Shown here: positions 10,900 to 21,759 of the stretch, one piece after another | How positions within the stretch are numbered: the stretch's first letter is position 1 | Layout of the letters: each line of letters starts with the position of its first letter | NCBI RefSeq assembly: GCF_006345805.1 | Contig: NC_043007.1 | Coordinates: 53,506,001-53,570,000, forward strand | Length of the DNA stretch: 64,000 bases | Origin: Octopus sinensis | Lineage: Eukaryota | Reading direction: 5' to 3' | Position numbers and translations under genes: made by a program | Notes under the pieces: model-generated | Database searches by the model: none | What the model was told of the DNA's origin: nothing | The model's input: the letters and a program-made list of their open reading frames with translations, nothing else

Positions 10900-12240
10900 T
10901 CATACCCGCTACACCTGCTATTCTTATCAAAGTGTTTATTTATAATTTTGAATATAGATTTGACTAAATTAGTTTTAATTTGTTTAGCATACAGGAGTAT
11001 AAGCCAATTACTATCTTTTGCTTTTCCAATATTCCTACCATATGACTCAATTTTATTGCTGTTCGAGTGATGAATGCTATGTTTATGCTTATTTGTATTT
11101 ATCATCTTGTTATCTATGTTATACATGTTAGTTGCTCCATTGGTGGTGCTACCATTAGGTTTCTGCTTATAATATTTTATGTTGTTGACATTATGATTAA
11201 TGTTATTATCGGTATTATATATACTGCGCTTCATTCTTATTGTTATATTATTATTTTTATTGTTATTATTGTTGTTATAATTGGTGTTGCAATTTCTATT
11301 CTTTTTAGTGTTGGGGACAATAGGTTTCTGTACTTTATTGCTTAATTCAGGTAAATTCCTTATTTTTGCTATTGATGTTATCAATATTATTACAAGTCAC
11401 TATATTATTATATGGAATATATTTAATTTTACTTTTCTATCCTGCATTTTTTAGTGCCCTGTTATATTGTTCTTTATGTTTATTGAATAAATCCTCATTA
11501 GAAGAGAGATAAGAAATTATTTTACTAATGCTTTTTATAAGAGCCTTTTTTATCGATTGTGGTTGATTACAAAGAGAGTGTATAAATTTTAAGTTAGAGT
11601 TTGCTTTCGTGTAAGGTTCATGCAGTCCCATATCTAAATTACAGTTAACATCTAGGTAGTTGATTGAGTAGTTTTCATGCTCTATAGTGACAGAAACGCC
11701 GAATCTATTGAAAAATTTGTCCAAATGGTTTTTAAGTAGTTCTAAGCATCTGTTAGAGGTATTTCTAATTATAAAAAGTACATCATCACTGTAGAGTCCC
11801 CCTCCAAATTCTGGGAATTCCTCACTTAGGTTGTCTAATTTCTATTAGACACAAGATCAGTCACTTCTGCTGGGGTATATTTCTTGCCCACAATTTATAA
11901 TCAGATTTACTAATAGATTTTCAGGCCATGAGGATTACATTGATTTCTTTCATGCTGATCTTAGTGTGGTTCTTTGCAAATTTAAGAGCACTATTTAAGA
12001 TAGTTTATGGAGGAGTAGTAATTTTGAATATCTATTTGTAAAAATTTATGTTTATCCTTATGTTGTATATTAGAGAACCAATCTATTATGTTTTGGGTAT
12101 TAGTCCATAATTCAAGTTTAATCCTTTTCCTAAGGGTAGGTATGTACTTATCTGAAATTACTTTGCTAAGAATGAGTTTGGTTTTATCACAAATTTAGCT
12201 GTTTTAGTATTAAGTTACTTACATTAATATGTGTAATGTC
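10900..12240 (-). mobile_element. PLE RT/thumb region, right part of the element split by Tx1
   Basis: GGLYSDDV (RT motif C, about 11785..11805); INYLDVNCNLDMGLHEPYTK; KQIKTNLVKSIFKIINKHFDKN. Confidence 0.8.
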
Positions 12241-12324
12241 ATAAATGTACATGTATACATGTTAATAGAGTAAACATTTGATTTAAATCATCCTTTTCAT
12301 TAAAGGTACCAGTGTGTGAGTGGA

Positions 12325-12500
12325 GACATGTGGCTTAGTGGTTAGGATGTCAACACCATGATCATAAGATTGTGGTTTCGATTCCTGGACCGGGCAACGC
12401 GTTGTGTTCTTGAGCAAAATGCTTCATTTCATGTTGCTCCAGTCCACTCAGCTGGCAAAATGAGTAATGCTGATATGGACTGGCATTCTGTCCAGCTAGG
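12325..12500 (+). mobile_element. tRNA-head SINE (family A)
   Basis: A-box-like TGGCTTAGTGG and B-box-like GGTTTCGATTCC, followed by a body shared with 14683..15004 and 53400..53680. Confidence 0.7.
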
Positions 12501-12554
12501 CTTTAAAAGGGCGCATTTATTTTTATTTTACCAGTGTGTGATATACATACATAC

Positions 12555-12585
<31 letters not shown>

Positions 12586-13301
12586 CACACACACTAGTTA
12601 TAATTTGTCTCCTACACCTTGGCTTTGTAAACTGATTGAAAATGTACGCATATGTATCACTGAATGATAGCTGTATTAACGTTACCATCCCACTGCCACT
12701 CCATATTTCTTGCTTACACAACACTGTTCTCTTCCTTGATATCAGTCACTTTCCCTATTCCACCTCATTTCTCTCACACTAACGCCCTTCTCATTTTATC
12801 CAAAAATAGCCCATCTTATCATTACAATTTTATAAGTTATAAGATATATAAATATACATTAAATAAATAAAGCAATAAGATACAATTTTGTCATGAGGGA
12901 AGAGGAGGTATAGAAATGTATGTATGAGATTTTAGTAACATAGAGCAATATATAATATAAATAAAAAAAAAATTTCACTTAAATGAGTAGATGCTCATAC
13001 AAACATATACACACTTATACACAAACATATATGCATACATTTTAGTGTGCAAAACTACTAAATTTACAGAAGTGTATATATATATATGCACATAACCACA
13101 TATGAATTGTTGGCAATTTGTTTTCCTCCTTCTTCCTTTCTTATGGGACTTACCTCTGTTTCTGAAGAAGAGCTCTGCTTAAAATGTAAAACCACCATTC
13201 TTTCCTTCCCTGAGCTTCTGCTAGTACTTCACATGTACCACATCCTCATGTTGTTTTTTTGTGTTTGTTCTTCGTTGTTTTGGATTTACTATATATATAT
13301 A

Positions 13302-13681
13302 CTAGCAGTATCGCCCGGCGTTGCTCGGGTTTGTTTCGACCCGCTGGAATTGGAATTTTTTAAAAGTAAAACTTTTGCATTATGTAGCTTGTTATTCTCT
13401 TCAAGTGAACATTTTTCTGGTTGAAATACACCGAAAAGTGGCGACACAGCAGTGACAAAATCGTAAAAAATATGGATTTTCATAGAAAAAAGCACCTTCT
13501 TGATGTAAATAATTTTTGGTGTTAACATTTGAATTTTATCTTGTACGGAAGGAAGAGCAACCCTTCTTCTATCATACTCTAATTTTGGTCAACTTGCACC
13601 GCAGGGTCTCGGAGGAGATAGTGTTAGTCGAAGGCTACCAAACCTGGCGCACACAGACAACTTCAGCTTTATATAGAGAGA
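13302..13681 (-). mobile_element. Non-autonomous Helitron
   Basis: On the minus strand: 5' TCTCTCTATATAAAAG, 3' hairpin CCCGAGCAACGCCGGG plus ...TGCTAG, inserted between A and T. Confidence 0.8.
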
Positions 13682-13732
13682 TATAACACACACACATTAA
13701 TACACATAAATACACACACACACACACAGACA

Positions 13733-13767
<35 letters not shown>

Positions 13768-13849
13768 CTTCTTAGCTTACAATTTGTTTCTTTCAACAAT
13801 TGACAACTGAAGTATGCTCGCAAATTAATACTACGAAAACTTAGCGACA

Positions 13850-14314
13850 GAAAGTAAATTAAAAACCAATCGTAAAATATTGAGTTTTCTCGAATTTTTG
13901 CTTAATTGGGGGTCAAATTGAAAGAAATTTCAATGCCATGACCCAATGGAATGTACTTCGAAAAATCATAGGTAAATTCCAATTGAAGAAACTGTGTGAG
14001 GAGTAAATCGTTATGTATTTATTTGTTTCTGTTTCCTGTGTATTTTTTTGAGTAGTGGTTTAAGGTACACTTGCAAAGAGAAAGTAGGAGAAAGTGTGGT
14101 AATAGAAGGAGTGAAGCAGTTGATATGAGAGAGGTAAATCGTAAAATATTTAGTTTTCTCGAATTTTTGCTTAATTGGGGGGTCAAATTGAAAAAAATTG
14201 ATATGCCATGACTCAATCGAATCTACTTTGAAAAATCATAGGTAAAGTCCAATTAAAGAAATTCTATTAAAAACAAACTATGTCAGAGGCAGAGAAAATC
14301 TGCCTTTTATCATA

Positions 14315-14317
<3 letters not shown>
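13850..14317 (-). mobile_element. Helitron 5' portion (same family as the 60952 element), with internal duplication
   Basis: Minus-strand start TCTTATGATAAAAGGCAGATTTT resembles 60952 TCTCTTATTATAAAAGGCAGATTTT. The segment AATCGTAAAATATT..TCAAATTG is repeated at about 13868 and 14138. Confidence 0.65.
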
Positions 14318-14345
<28 letters not shown>

Positions 14346-14348
<3 letters not shown>

Positions 14349-14496
14349 TCATCATCATCATCATCATCATCGTTTAGCGTCCGCTTTCCATGCTAGCATG
14401 GGTTGGACGGGTCAACTGGGGTCTGTGAAGCTGGAAGGCTTCGTCAGGCCCAGTCAGATCTGGCAGTGTTTCTACGGGTGGATGCCCTTCCTAACG
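14346..14496 (-). mobile_element. RTE LINE 3' tip with (GAT)n tail
   Basis: (CAT)n CGTTTAGCGTCCGCTTTCCATGCTAGC, as in the other RTE ends. Confidence 0.8.
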
Positions 14497-14682
14497 ATAT
14501 ATATATATACACACATATATTTACACACACATATTTGCATAAATATTCATGTACATATGCACACATACAAACACACATTTATATACACCAAATATATACA
14601 CATCCATACATGCATTCTTTATACATATATAACCACATATATGTGTGTGTATATATATATATATATATGTACATGTATATAG

Positions 14683-15004
14683 ATGGCACTCCATCAGTTA
14701 CGATAATGAGGGTTCCAGCTGATCCGATAAATGGAACAGCCTGCTCATGAAATTAACGCGCATGTGGCTGAGCACTCCACAGACATGTGTACCCTTATAA
14801 TATAGTTCTCAGGGGTATTCAGCATGACACAGAGTGTGTCAAGGCTGGCCCTTTGAAATACAGGTACAACTTATTTTTGCCAGCTGAGTTGACTGGAACA
14901 ATGTGAAATAAAATGTCTTGCTCAAGGACACAATGCGTCACCAGGAATTGAACTCATGACCTTGCAATCGTGAGCCAAATACCCTAACCACTAATCCATG
15001 TGCC
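14683..15004 (-). mobile_element. tRNA-head SINE (family A)
   Basis: Reverse complement begins GGCACATGGATTAGTGGTTAGG...GAGTTCAATTCC and is homologous to 12325..12500. Confidence 0.7.
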
Positions 15005-15028
15005 ATACATTATATATATATATACATA

Positions 15029-15475
15029 TATAACCATAAGGCGCAGGAGTGACTGTGTGGTAAGTAGCTTGCTTATCAACCACATGGTTCCGGGTTCAGT
15101 CCCACTGTGTGGTACCTTGGGTAAGAGTCTTCTACTATAGCCTCGGGTTGACCAAAGCCATGTGAGTGGATTTGGTAGATGGAAACTGAAAGAAGCCCAT
15201 CGTAGATATGTAGATATGTATATATGTATGTATATATATATATATATATATATATGTATGGGTGTGTATATGTTTGTGTGTCTGTGTTTGTACCCACAAC
15301 ATTGCTTGACAACTGATGCTGGTGTGTTTACGTCCCTGTAACTTAGTGGTTCAGCAAAAGAGACCGATAGAATAAGTACTAGGCTTACAAAGAATAAGTC
15401 CTGGAGGTTGATTTGCTCAACTAAGTGCAGTGCTCCAGCATGGCCGCAGTCAAATGACTGAAACAAGTAAAAGAG
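15029..15475 (+). mobile_element. tRNA-head SINE (family B) with internal (TA)n
   Basis: GGCGCAGGAGTGACTGTGTGGTAAG...GGGTTCAGTCCC (A/B boxes). The 3' half recurs at about 51530..51745. Confidence 0.7.
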
Positions 15476-15477
15476 TA

Positions 15478-15862
15478 TCTCTCTCTATATAAACGGCAGT
15501 TTGTCTGTGTGTGTTTCTGTGTGTCTGTTTGGTTGTACTCTCACCCTGACCACGGCTTTCAACCGATTCTGATGAAACTTGACACACACATAGCCCAATG
15601 TCATAATTCAAAACTAACGCAGCGAAAATTTTGAAAAGTTCCCCCAGTTCTGAAAAAAATCGATAAATTCGACATGGGGTCGAGAATCAGAAACACAAAC
15701 CACAGACTGTCTAGGGGACGCAACTCGACCTTTTTTAACTCTCAAAAAAAATTTACCATCATTTTTTTCCCATTTTTTTGCTATTTTTTGGCTATAACTC
15801 TCTAAAAATGCTTTATAGTTATTTCCCTTACAAACCTGAGCAACGCCGGGCGATACTGCTAG
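15478..15862 (+). mobile_element. Non-autonomous Helitron
   Basis: A|TCTCTCTCTATATAAACGG ... CCTGAGCAACGCCGGGCGATACTGCTAG|T. Confidence 0.8.
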
Positions 15863-15871
15863 TATATATAT

Positions 15872-16208
15872 AAACTCTGCTTGCGAAGACCTGTTGAGGC
15901 AAGTGAAATCGAAATCGATCAAAAATCAATGGAAATTGCAGTTGTGATACCTGTGCCAGTGGCACGTAAAAGAACCATCCAAACGTGGCCATTGACAGTG
16001 CCGCCTCAACTGGCCTCAGTGCCGGTGGCACATAAAAAGCACCCACTACACTCACGGAGTGGTTGGTGTTAGGAAGGGCATCCAGCTGTAGAAACACTGC
16101 CAGATCAGACTGGGCCTGGTGCTGCCTCCTGGCTTCCCAGACCCCAGTCGAACTGTCCAACCCATGCTAGCATGGAAAGCGGATGTTAAACGATGATGAT
16201 GATGATGA
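15872..16208 (+). mobile_element. RTE LINE 3' end with (GAT)n tail
   Basis: Ends GCGGATGTTAAACGATGATGATGAT and matches the RTE 3' UTR. Confidence 0.8.
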
Positions 16209-16582
16209 TATATATATATATATGCACACATACACATACATACATATATATAGTTTCCCTAGCCTTTTGATTTCTGGAGCATCAGGTTTCAGATAATTGA
16301 AAAGTATGTTATTTTCCATGCATTATATTGACTGTACTAAAGTAACATGTTTAAGAAATCAAAATTAATCCCATCACATTTAATTCATTGTTTGTTATTT
16401 CTAAATTCAATCATGTGGTTTTATTTCATTCAACTACCAAGTTTCATAAAAATTGCTCCAGTTTAACAATTATATTGTTTATATATGTCACTAAACATCA
16501 CATCACAAAACAAAAACGTGATTGCTTCAAATCATAGCACATGTAACACAAGAAATGTTCAAATTATGATATAGTAGAAGAC

Positions 16583-16628
<46 letters not shown>

Positions 16629-16790
16629 TGTGTGTGTGTATATATATATATACATACATATATATATAACGGGAAGCTTTATGAAAATAAACAAAAGACG
16701 AAGGCAGGTTTACGGAAATAAACAAAAGACGAAGGCAGGTGGAATGCAAACAAACAATTGTATTAGTATGGCGCTCAGGAAATATATATA

Positions 16791-18470
16791 TCATCATCAT
16801 CCCTTAATGTCCGTTTTCCATGCTAGCACGTGTTGGATGGTTCGATCCGAGTCTGGGAAGCCAGGAGGCTGCACCAAGCTCCAGTCTGATCTGGTAGTGT
16901 TTCTACAGCTTGATGCCCTTCTTATCGCCAACCACTCCGTGAGTGTAGTGGGTACTTTTTACATGCCACCGGCACATGTATCACAACTATTTATTTTGAT
17001 GTTGATGTACTTGACTCAATAGGTCTCCTCAAGCACAGCAGGTCACCCTATGATCCAAGGTAAGCACAGCAGGTCGTTCTGCAATCCAAGGTACTTTGGA
17101 TGGGCTGGGGCTATGCGAAACTGGTGCAGGAAACAGCCATGAACTCACATTATTTGTGGGGTCTTTGCTGTCACAGCATATCTCCAGAGATCTCGGTCTT
17201 TTGTCATTGTCTCTGTGAGGCTCAACGTTTGAAGGTCATGCTTGACCACCTCATTCCATGTCTTCCTGCATCTACCTCTCCCCCGGATCCCTTCAACAGT
17301 TTGGGAGTGGCACGTCTTACATATCTCTCCTCATCCATCCGTAGTACATGACAATACCAATGCAAACATCTCTCTTGCACACCACATCCGATGCTTCATA
17401 TATCCAGCATTTCTCTCAGGGTGCTTACACTCTGTCGTGTGTGCACACTGAGATTACACATCCAGCTGATTATGCTAGCTTCATTTCTTTCAAGCCTACG
17501 CATGTCCTCTGCAGTCACAGCTCATGTTTCACTACTGTGAAGCATGGCAGTTCACACACATGCATCGTACAATCTACATTTCACTCTGAGCGAGAGACCC
17601 TTTGTCATGAGTAGGGGTAGAAGCTTTCTAAACTTTGCCTGGCTATTCGTATTCTAGTGGTGACACTCTCTGAGCATCCACCTCCACTACTAACTTGGTC
17701 ACTTAGGTAGCAGAAACTATCAACTACTTCTAGTTTCTTCCTCTGGAGTGTGATGGAATCTGTTTTCTGAGTATCTGTAGTGTCTATTGCCCCTGTGCAT
17801 CTGCCACACACGAAAGCTATCTTCTTGGTTAATTTTCCTTTGATGTTGCTGCACCTCTTATGTGTCCATAAGATGGGTACATCTTATGGAGTTTCTACCT
17901 TCACCTTTTTTACAGATTGAGCAGGGCCACCTACTTGAGGGTGTGTGTGATGAGTTCGCCTTCCTACTTACTAGAACTTTGGTCTTTGCTACATTTACTC
18001 TAAGGCCTTTTGATTCTAAACCTAGCTTTCACACAAAATTTCTTTTCTAGTTCCGGTAGTGATTCTGCTATGAGGGCCAGGTCATCAGCATAGAGGAGCT
18101 CCCAGGAGTAACCCATCTTGAATTCCTCTGTTATTGCCTGGAGGACTATGATGAATAGAAGGTGAATGAGGGCTGAACCTTGGTGGACGCCTAATTCTAC
18201 CCAAAATTCTTCACCATACTCATTGCCAATCCTAACCTTACTAACGGCCTCTCTGTATAGGGCCTTATCAACCTATACAGCCCTTATCAACCATTCGTCA
18301 ATCTCCAGTTTCTGATGAAGAGAAAGGGACTGAGGGCTGAACCTTGGTGGACGCCTAATTCTACCCGGAATTCTTCACCATACTCGTTGCCAATCCTAAC
18401 CTTACTAACGGCCTCCCTGTATAGGGCCTGTACAGCCCTTATCAACCATTCATCAATCTCCAGTTTCCAT
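16791..18470 (-). mobile_element. RTE LINE 3' portion (RT C-terminal half + 3' UTR), rearranged
   Basis: Minus strand gives GVHQGS..., ELLYADDLALIAESLPELEK and LEVVDSFCYLSDQVSSGGGCSESVTTRIR. The (GAT)n tail is at 16791. Confidence 0.85.
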
Positions 18471-18489
18471 ATTGCCCAATATATATATC

Positions 18490-21400
18490 TGTAAATATAA
18501 TATGTGACAATTATTTGGTTGCCATGATAAAATTCTTAGTTTCGGATGTTGGGGCAGAAACCCACACCAGCTTATTTTGGAAAATTGCCAGAAATCGGTT
18601 AAGGACTCTACCCCGCAGAAGAATTCAATTTGAACACCTACTACATCAATTATTCTATGAAAAACATACCTATACCATCAAGGGAGCTATACTCTAAGAA
18701 ACTTTTGGAGAAAATTACAGACCTTATTAAGTACATGAGATGGAAAGCTTTCTTTTACAACATGGAAGAGGACACTACATATTCTATGGTATTAAATCTA
18801 AGAAATTTTCTCCAAAAATCAAAGTCTTGGACGACTTTGAAGCGGACCTACTGAAGCTCATGAACAAAATAAAATTTCATAATTCTTTTAACACTTTCCA
18901 ACAGAAACTAAAGAAAGATACCAATTGCATAAAAAGTTTTTAAAAAATGGCACTTTTTTCCAATAAAACCAAGAACTTATACCTAGTAGAAAACAGCACA
19001 TATTGACGACTCCTACGCACAGCATCATCAATAATTACACCAAGGCTAGGCCACAAACCTATAACGAAATTAATAAAGAAGCTAGCATTATCCCCGCCAG
19101 ACTTAAATTAGATTTAAAAAAATAGAGGTCCTCCTCAAAAAAGAGGCCTTTATAACTATCAAAGACCATAAAAAGAACTTTCTATCTAATCCTAAATGTA
19201 GGCTTATTAACCCAGCTAAATCAGTACTTGGCATTATTAGTAAAGAAATTTTAGGAAAAATCAATGTAAAAATCAGGAGTGCCTCTAGGTTAGTACAATG
19301 GTCCAATAGTATAGAAGTCGTTGACTCATTTAAAGCCATTAAGAATAAGAATAAAGCGAGATTCATGCAATTCGATATCGTCGATTTTTATGTCTCTATC
19401 TCAAAGGAACAATTAGATAAAGCCCTCACTTTCGCAAGTGAATCCATAGAAATCAGTACACAGGATAAGGACATAATCTTCCATGCTAGAACAACTTTAC
19501 TCTTCAGCAAGAATGCAGAGTGGATCAAGATTACTGATACAGAGGGTGCTTTTGATGTGAGCATGGGGATCATATGATGGGGCAGGCATATGCGATCTTA
19601 TTGGACTATTCCTACTCGATATGTTGGGGAAAACTTTTCCTGACGTATACTTTGCCATTTACAAAGATGATGCCCTCCCTTAACCGCAAATACCAATGGA
19701 CCAGCACAGGATTGCTTTAGGAAGGACATTATCCATTTGATGAAAACTTTCGGTCTTAGCATAACTACAGACACCAACCTGACAGTTGTCCATTTCCTAG
19801 ATGTATCCTTAGATCTAAATAACAATATTTATAAGCCTTATAGGAAGCCCCACGATAGACTTAGTTATATTAATGTGGGTTCCTGCCATCCCCCCATAGT
19901 GTTTAAAAATTTAGTTAAAAACATTAGCAACAGCATTTCTAGCCTCTCCTCCGCTGGGACATTTTTAATAAAAGATAGTGGATTTAGTGAGGAAATAACC
20001 TATACACCTGCCACCAGTCCAATAATAAAGAAGAGGAAACATAGGAATAGGAAAACTATCTGGTTCACACACCCCTACTCACCCGAAATGACCATCAATA
20101 TAGGCAAGTATTTCTTAGCACTGATAGATAGACATTTTCCAGTCAACCATAGTTACAGGAAGCTCTTCAATAGACATAACTTAAAAATCAGTTTCAGCTC
20201 AACTACTAATTTTAAAGATATAATTGCACACAACACACAAAAACCACAATATGAAACCAACTGTTCATGCAGGGATAAAAATTTGTGCCCACTAAATGGA
20301 GCTTGCATGTCTGAGACCATCATTTATGAAGCCACTGTGGACTCTATATCCACTAAGGACATGGTTTTGATGAAGAAATACGTTGGCCTTATAGAGGGTA
20401 ATTTCAAGGCCAGGTTCAATAGTTACACCTTGAGCATCAGGCACTGGGATAAAAGGAAAACGACCAAATTATCCAGTCATATATGGTCCTTAAAAGATAA
20501 AGGTGTCAATTACAACATCCAATGGAAGATTTTAGCCAAATGGAAGCCCTACACCAACGGCAGTGATAAGTGTGCTCTTTGTGATATGGAAGGATGGCTC
20601 ATCTGGAAAAGCAGCTTAGACCCCCACCACATGTCTGAATTCAAGAACTGAACTTTTTGAATTATGCCCATATGTGGCTAAATATTAGTTACGTTTTTGG
20701 TTCCCCCCCCCCCGAGATTACAGATAGAACAAGCTTTCTATATTGTGTCCATGTACAAGCTTTTTATCTCTCTATACTTTTTACTTATATTTTTTATATA
20801 TATCTATAAATATTTTTTACACATTTATAGATATTGTTTTATAGGTTTATTGCTTATATTTTTTTTGCATATTTTTTCTGTATTCTACCTTCCACCCTGC
20901 ATTTTCCCTGTGCGTATATAGACATGTATATAGAATCTTTTGTGCACGCATGTGGATGTGTGTGTGTGTGTGGGGGGTATGTGTGCATATAGACGTGTGT
21001 GTGTGTGCATGCATGTGAGTATGTGCATATATAGATGTGTTCTACTCATTGCCTTTTTTACACATTTTTTAACACATTTTCCTGTATTTTGCCTTTAGTC
21101 CTGTTTTTTCTTGTGCATGTGCATATATAGATGTGCAGGTATGTGCATATATAGTCGTGTGTGTGCATGCATACAGATTGTGCGCATATAGATGTGTTTT
21201 ACTCTTGTTACTTATTTCTTTATACATATGTTGCCTCTAGCCCTGTTTTTTTCTTGTGCATGTGCGTATATAGACGTGTGTATGAACCTTTTTTGTGCGT
21301 GTGTGTGTACGAGCGTGTATGTGGGTATGTATATATTTTTGGGCGAATGTGTGAGTGAGCATGTGTGTGTTTCAAGTGAGGGTGGATGAGTATATATTTA

Positions 21401-21720
21401 TAGGCGCATGTATGTGGGTGTGCAGGTGCGTATGTGTAGGTATGGACATGCGCACTTATGTGAATACTATGAACATTTTTACTCCCTTACCTTTACTCCT
21501 TCCCCTCACTTAGCGGTCATTCTAATAGCTAGCTCTTTTGTCTTAATAATGGTCATGCACACAGTAATTTCCCTTTGTTTAACAGTCATTTTCATAGCAT
21601 TTTTTCGATGGCCGGATAACTGAAGAGATGGCAGCGTGGGTTTCCGCCCCATCATTCAAAACTTGGAGTTTTATCATGGCTACTGAATAATTGTCGCATA
21701 TTATATTAATAGATAAATTC
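18490..21720 (+). mobile_element. Penelope-like element with inverted 5' pseudo-LTR
   Basis: The disrupted ORF spans about 18620..20651. It includes QFDIVDFYVSI, YDGAGICDLIG, IYKDD, VHFLDVSLDL, WFTHPYS and the GIY-YIG region IIYEATV..YVGLIEGNFKARF. Segment 18490..18590 (-) is homologous to 21610..21715 (+). Confidence 0.9.
21615..21675 (+). ncRNA. Degenerate hammerhead ribozyme in the PLE pseudo-LTR
   Basis: GATAA-CTGAAGA-GATGG..CCATC-attc-AAAAC-TTGGA-G-TT-TTATC. Stem I GATAA/TTATC is perfect. The GAAA box is mutated here but intact (CATCCGAAAC) in the inverted copy at about 18538..18550. Confidence 0.5.
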
Positions 21721-21759
21721 CTCTATTTACATAATATCAAGGTCTCTATCATTCTTTTG

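Noticed and set aside
12325-15100. tRNA genes at the SINE heads (12325, 15004, 15029, 53680)
   Set aside because: A/B boxes are present, but no complete cloverleaf is evident and each continues into a shared SINE body.
18309-18330. CTGATGAAGAG as a hammerhead start
   Set aside because: There is no downstream GAAA box or stem pairing; it lies at an RTE rearrangement junction.
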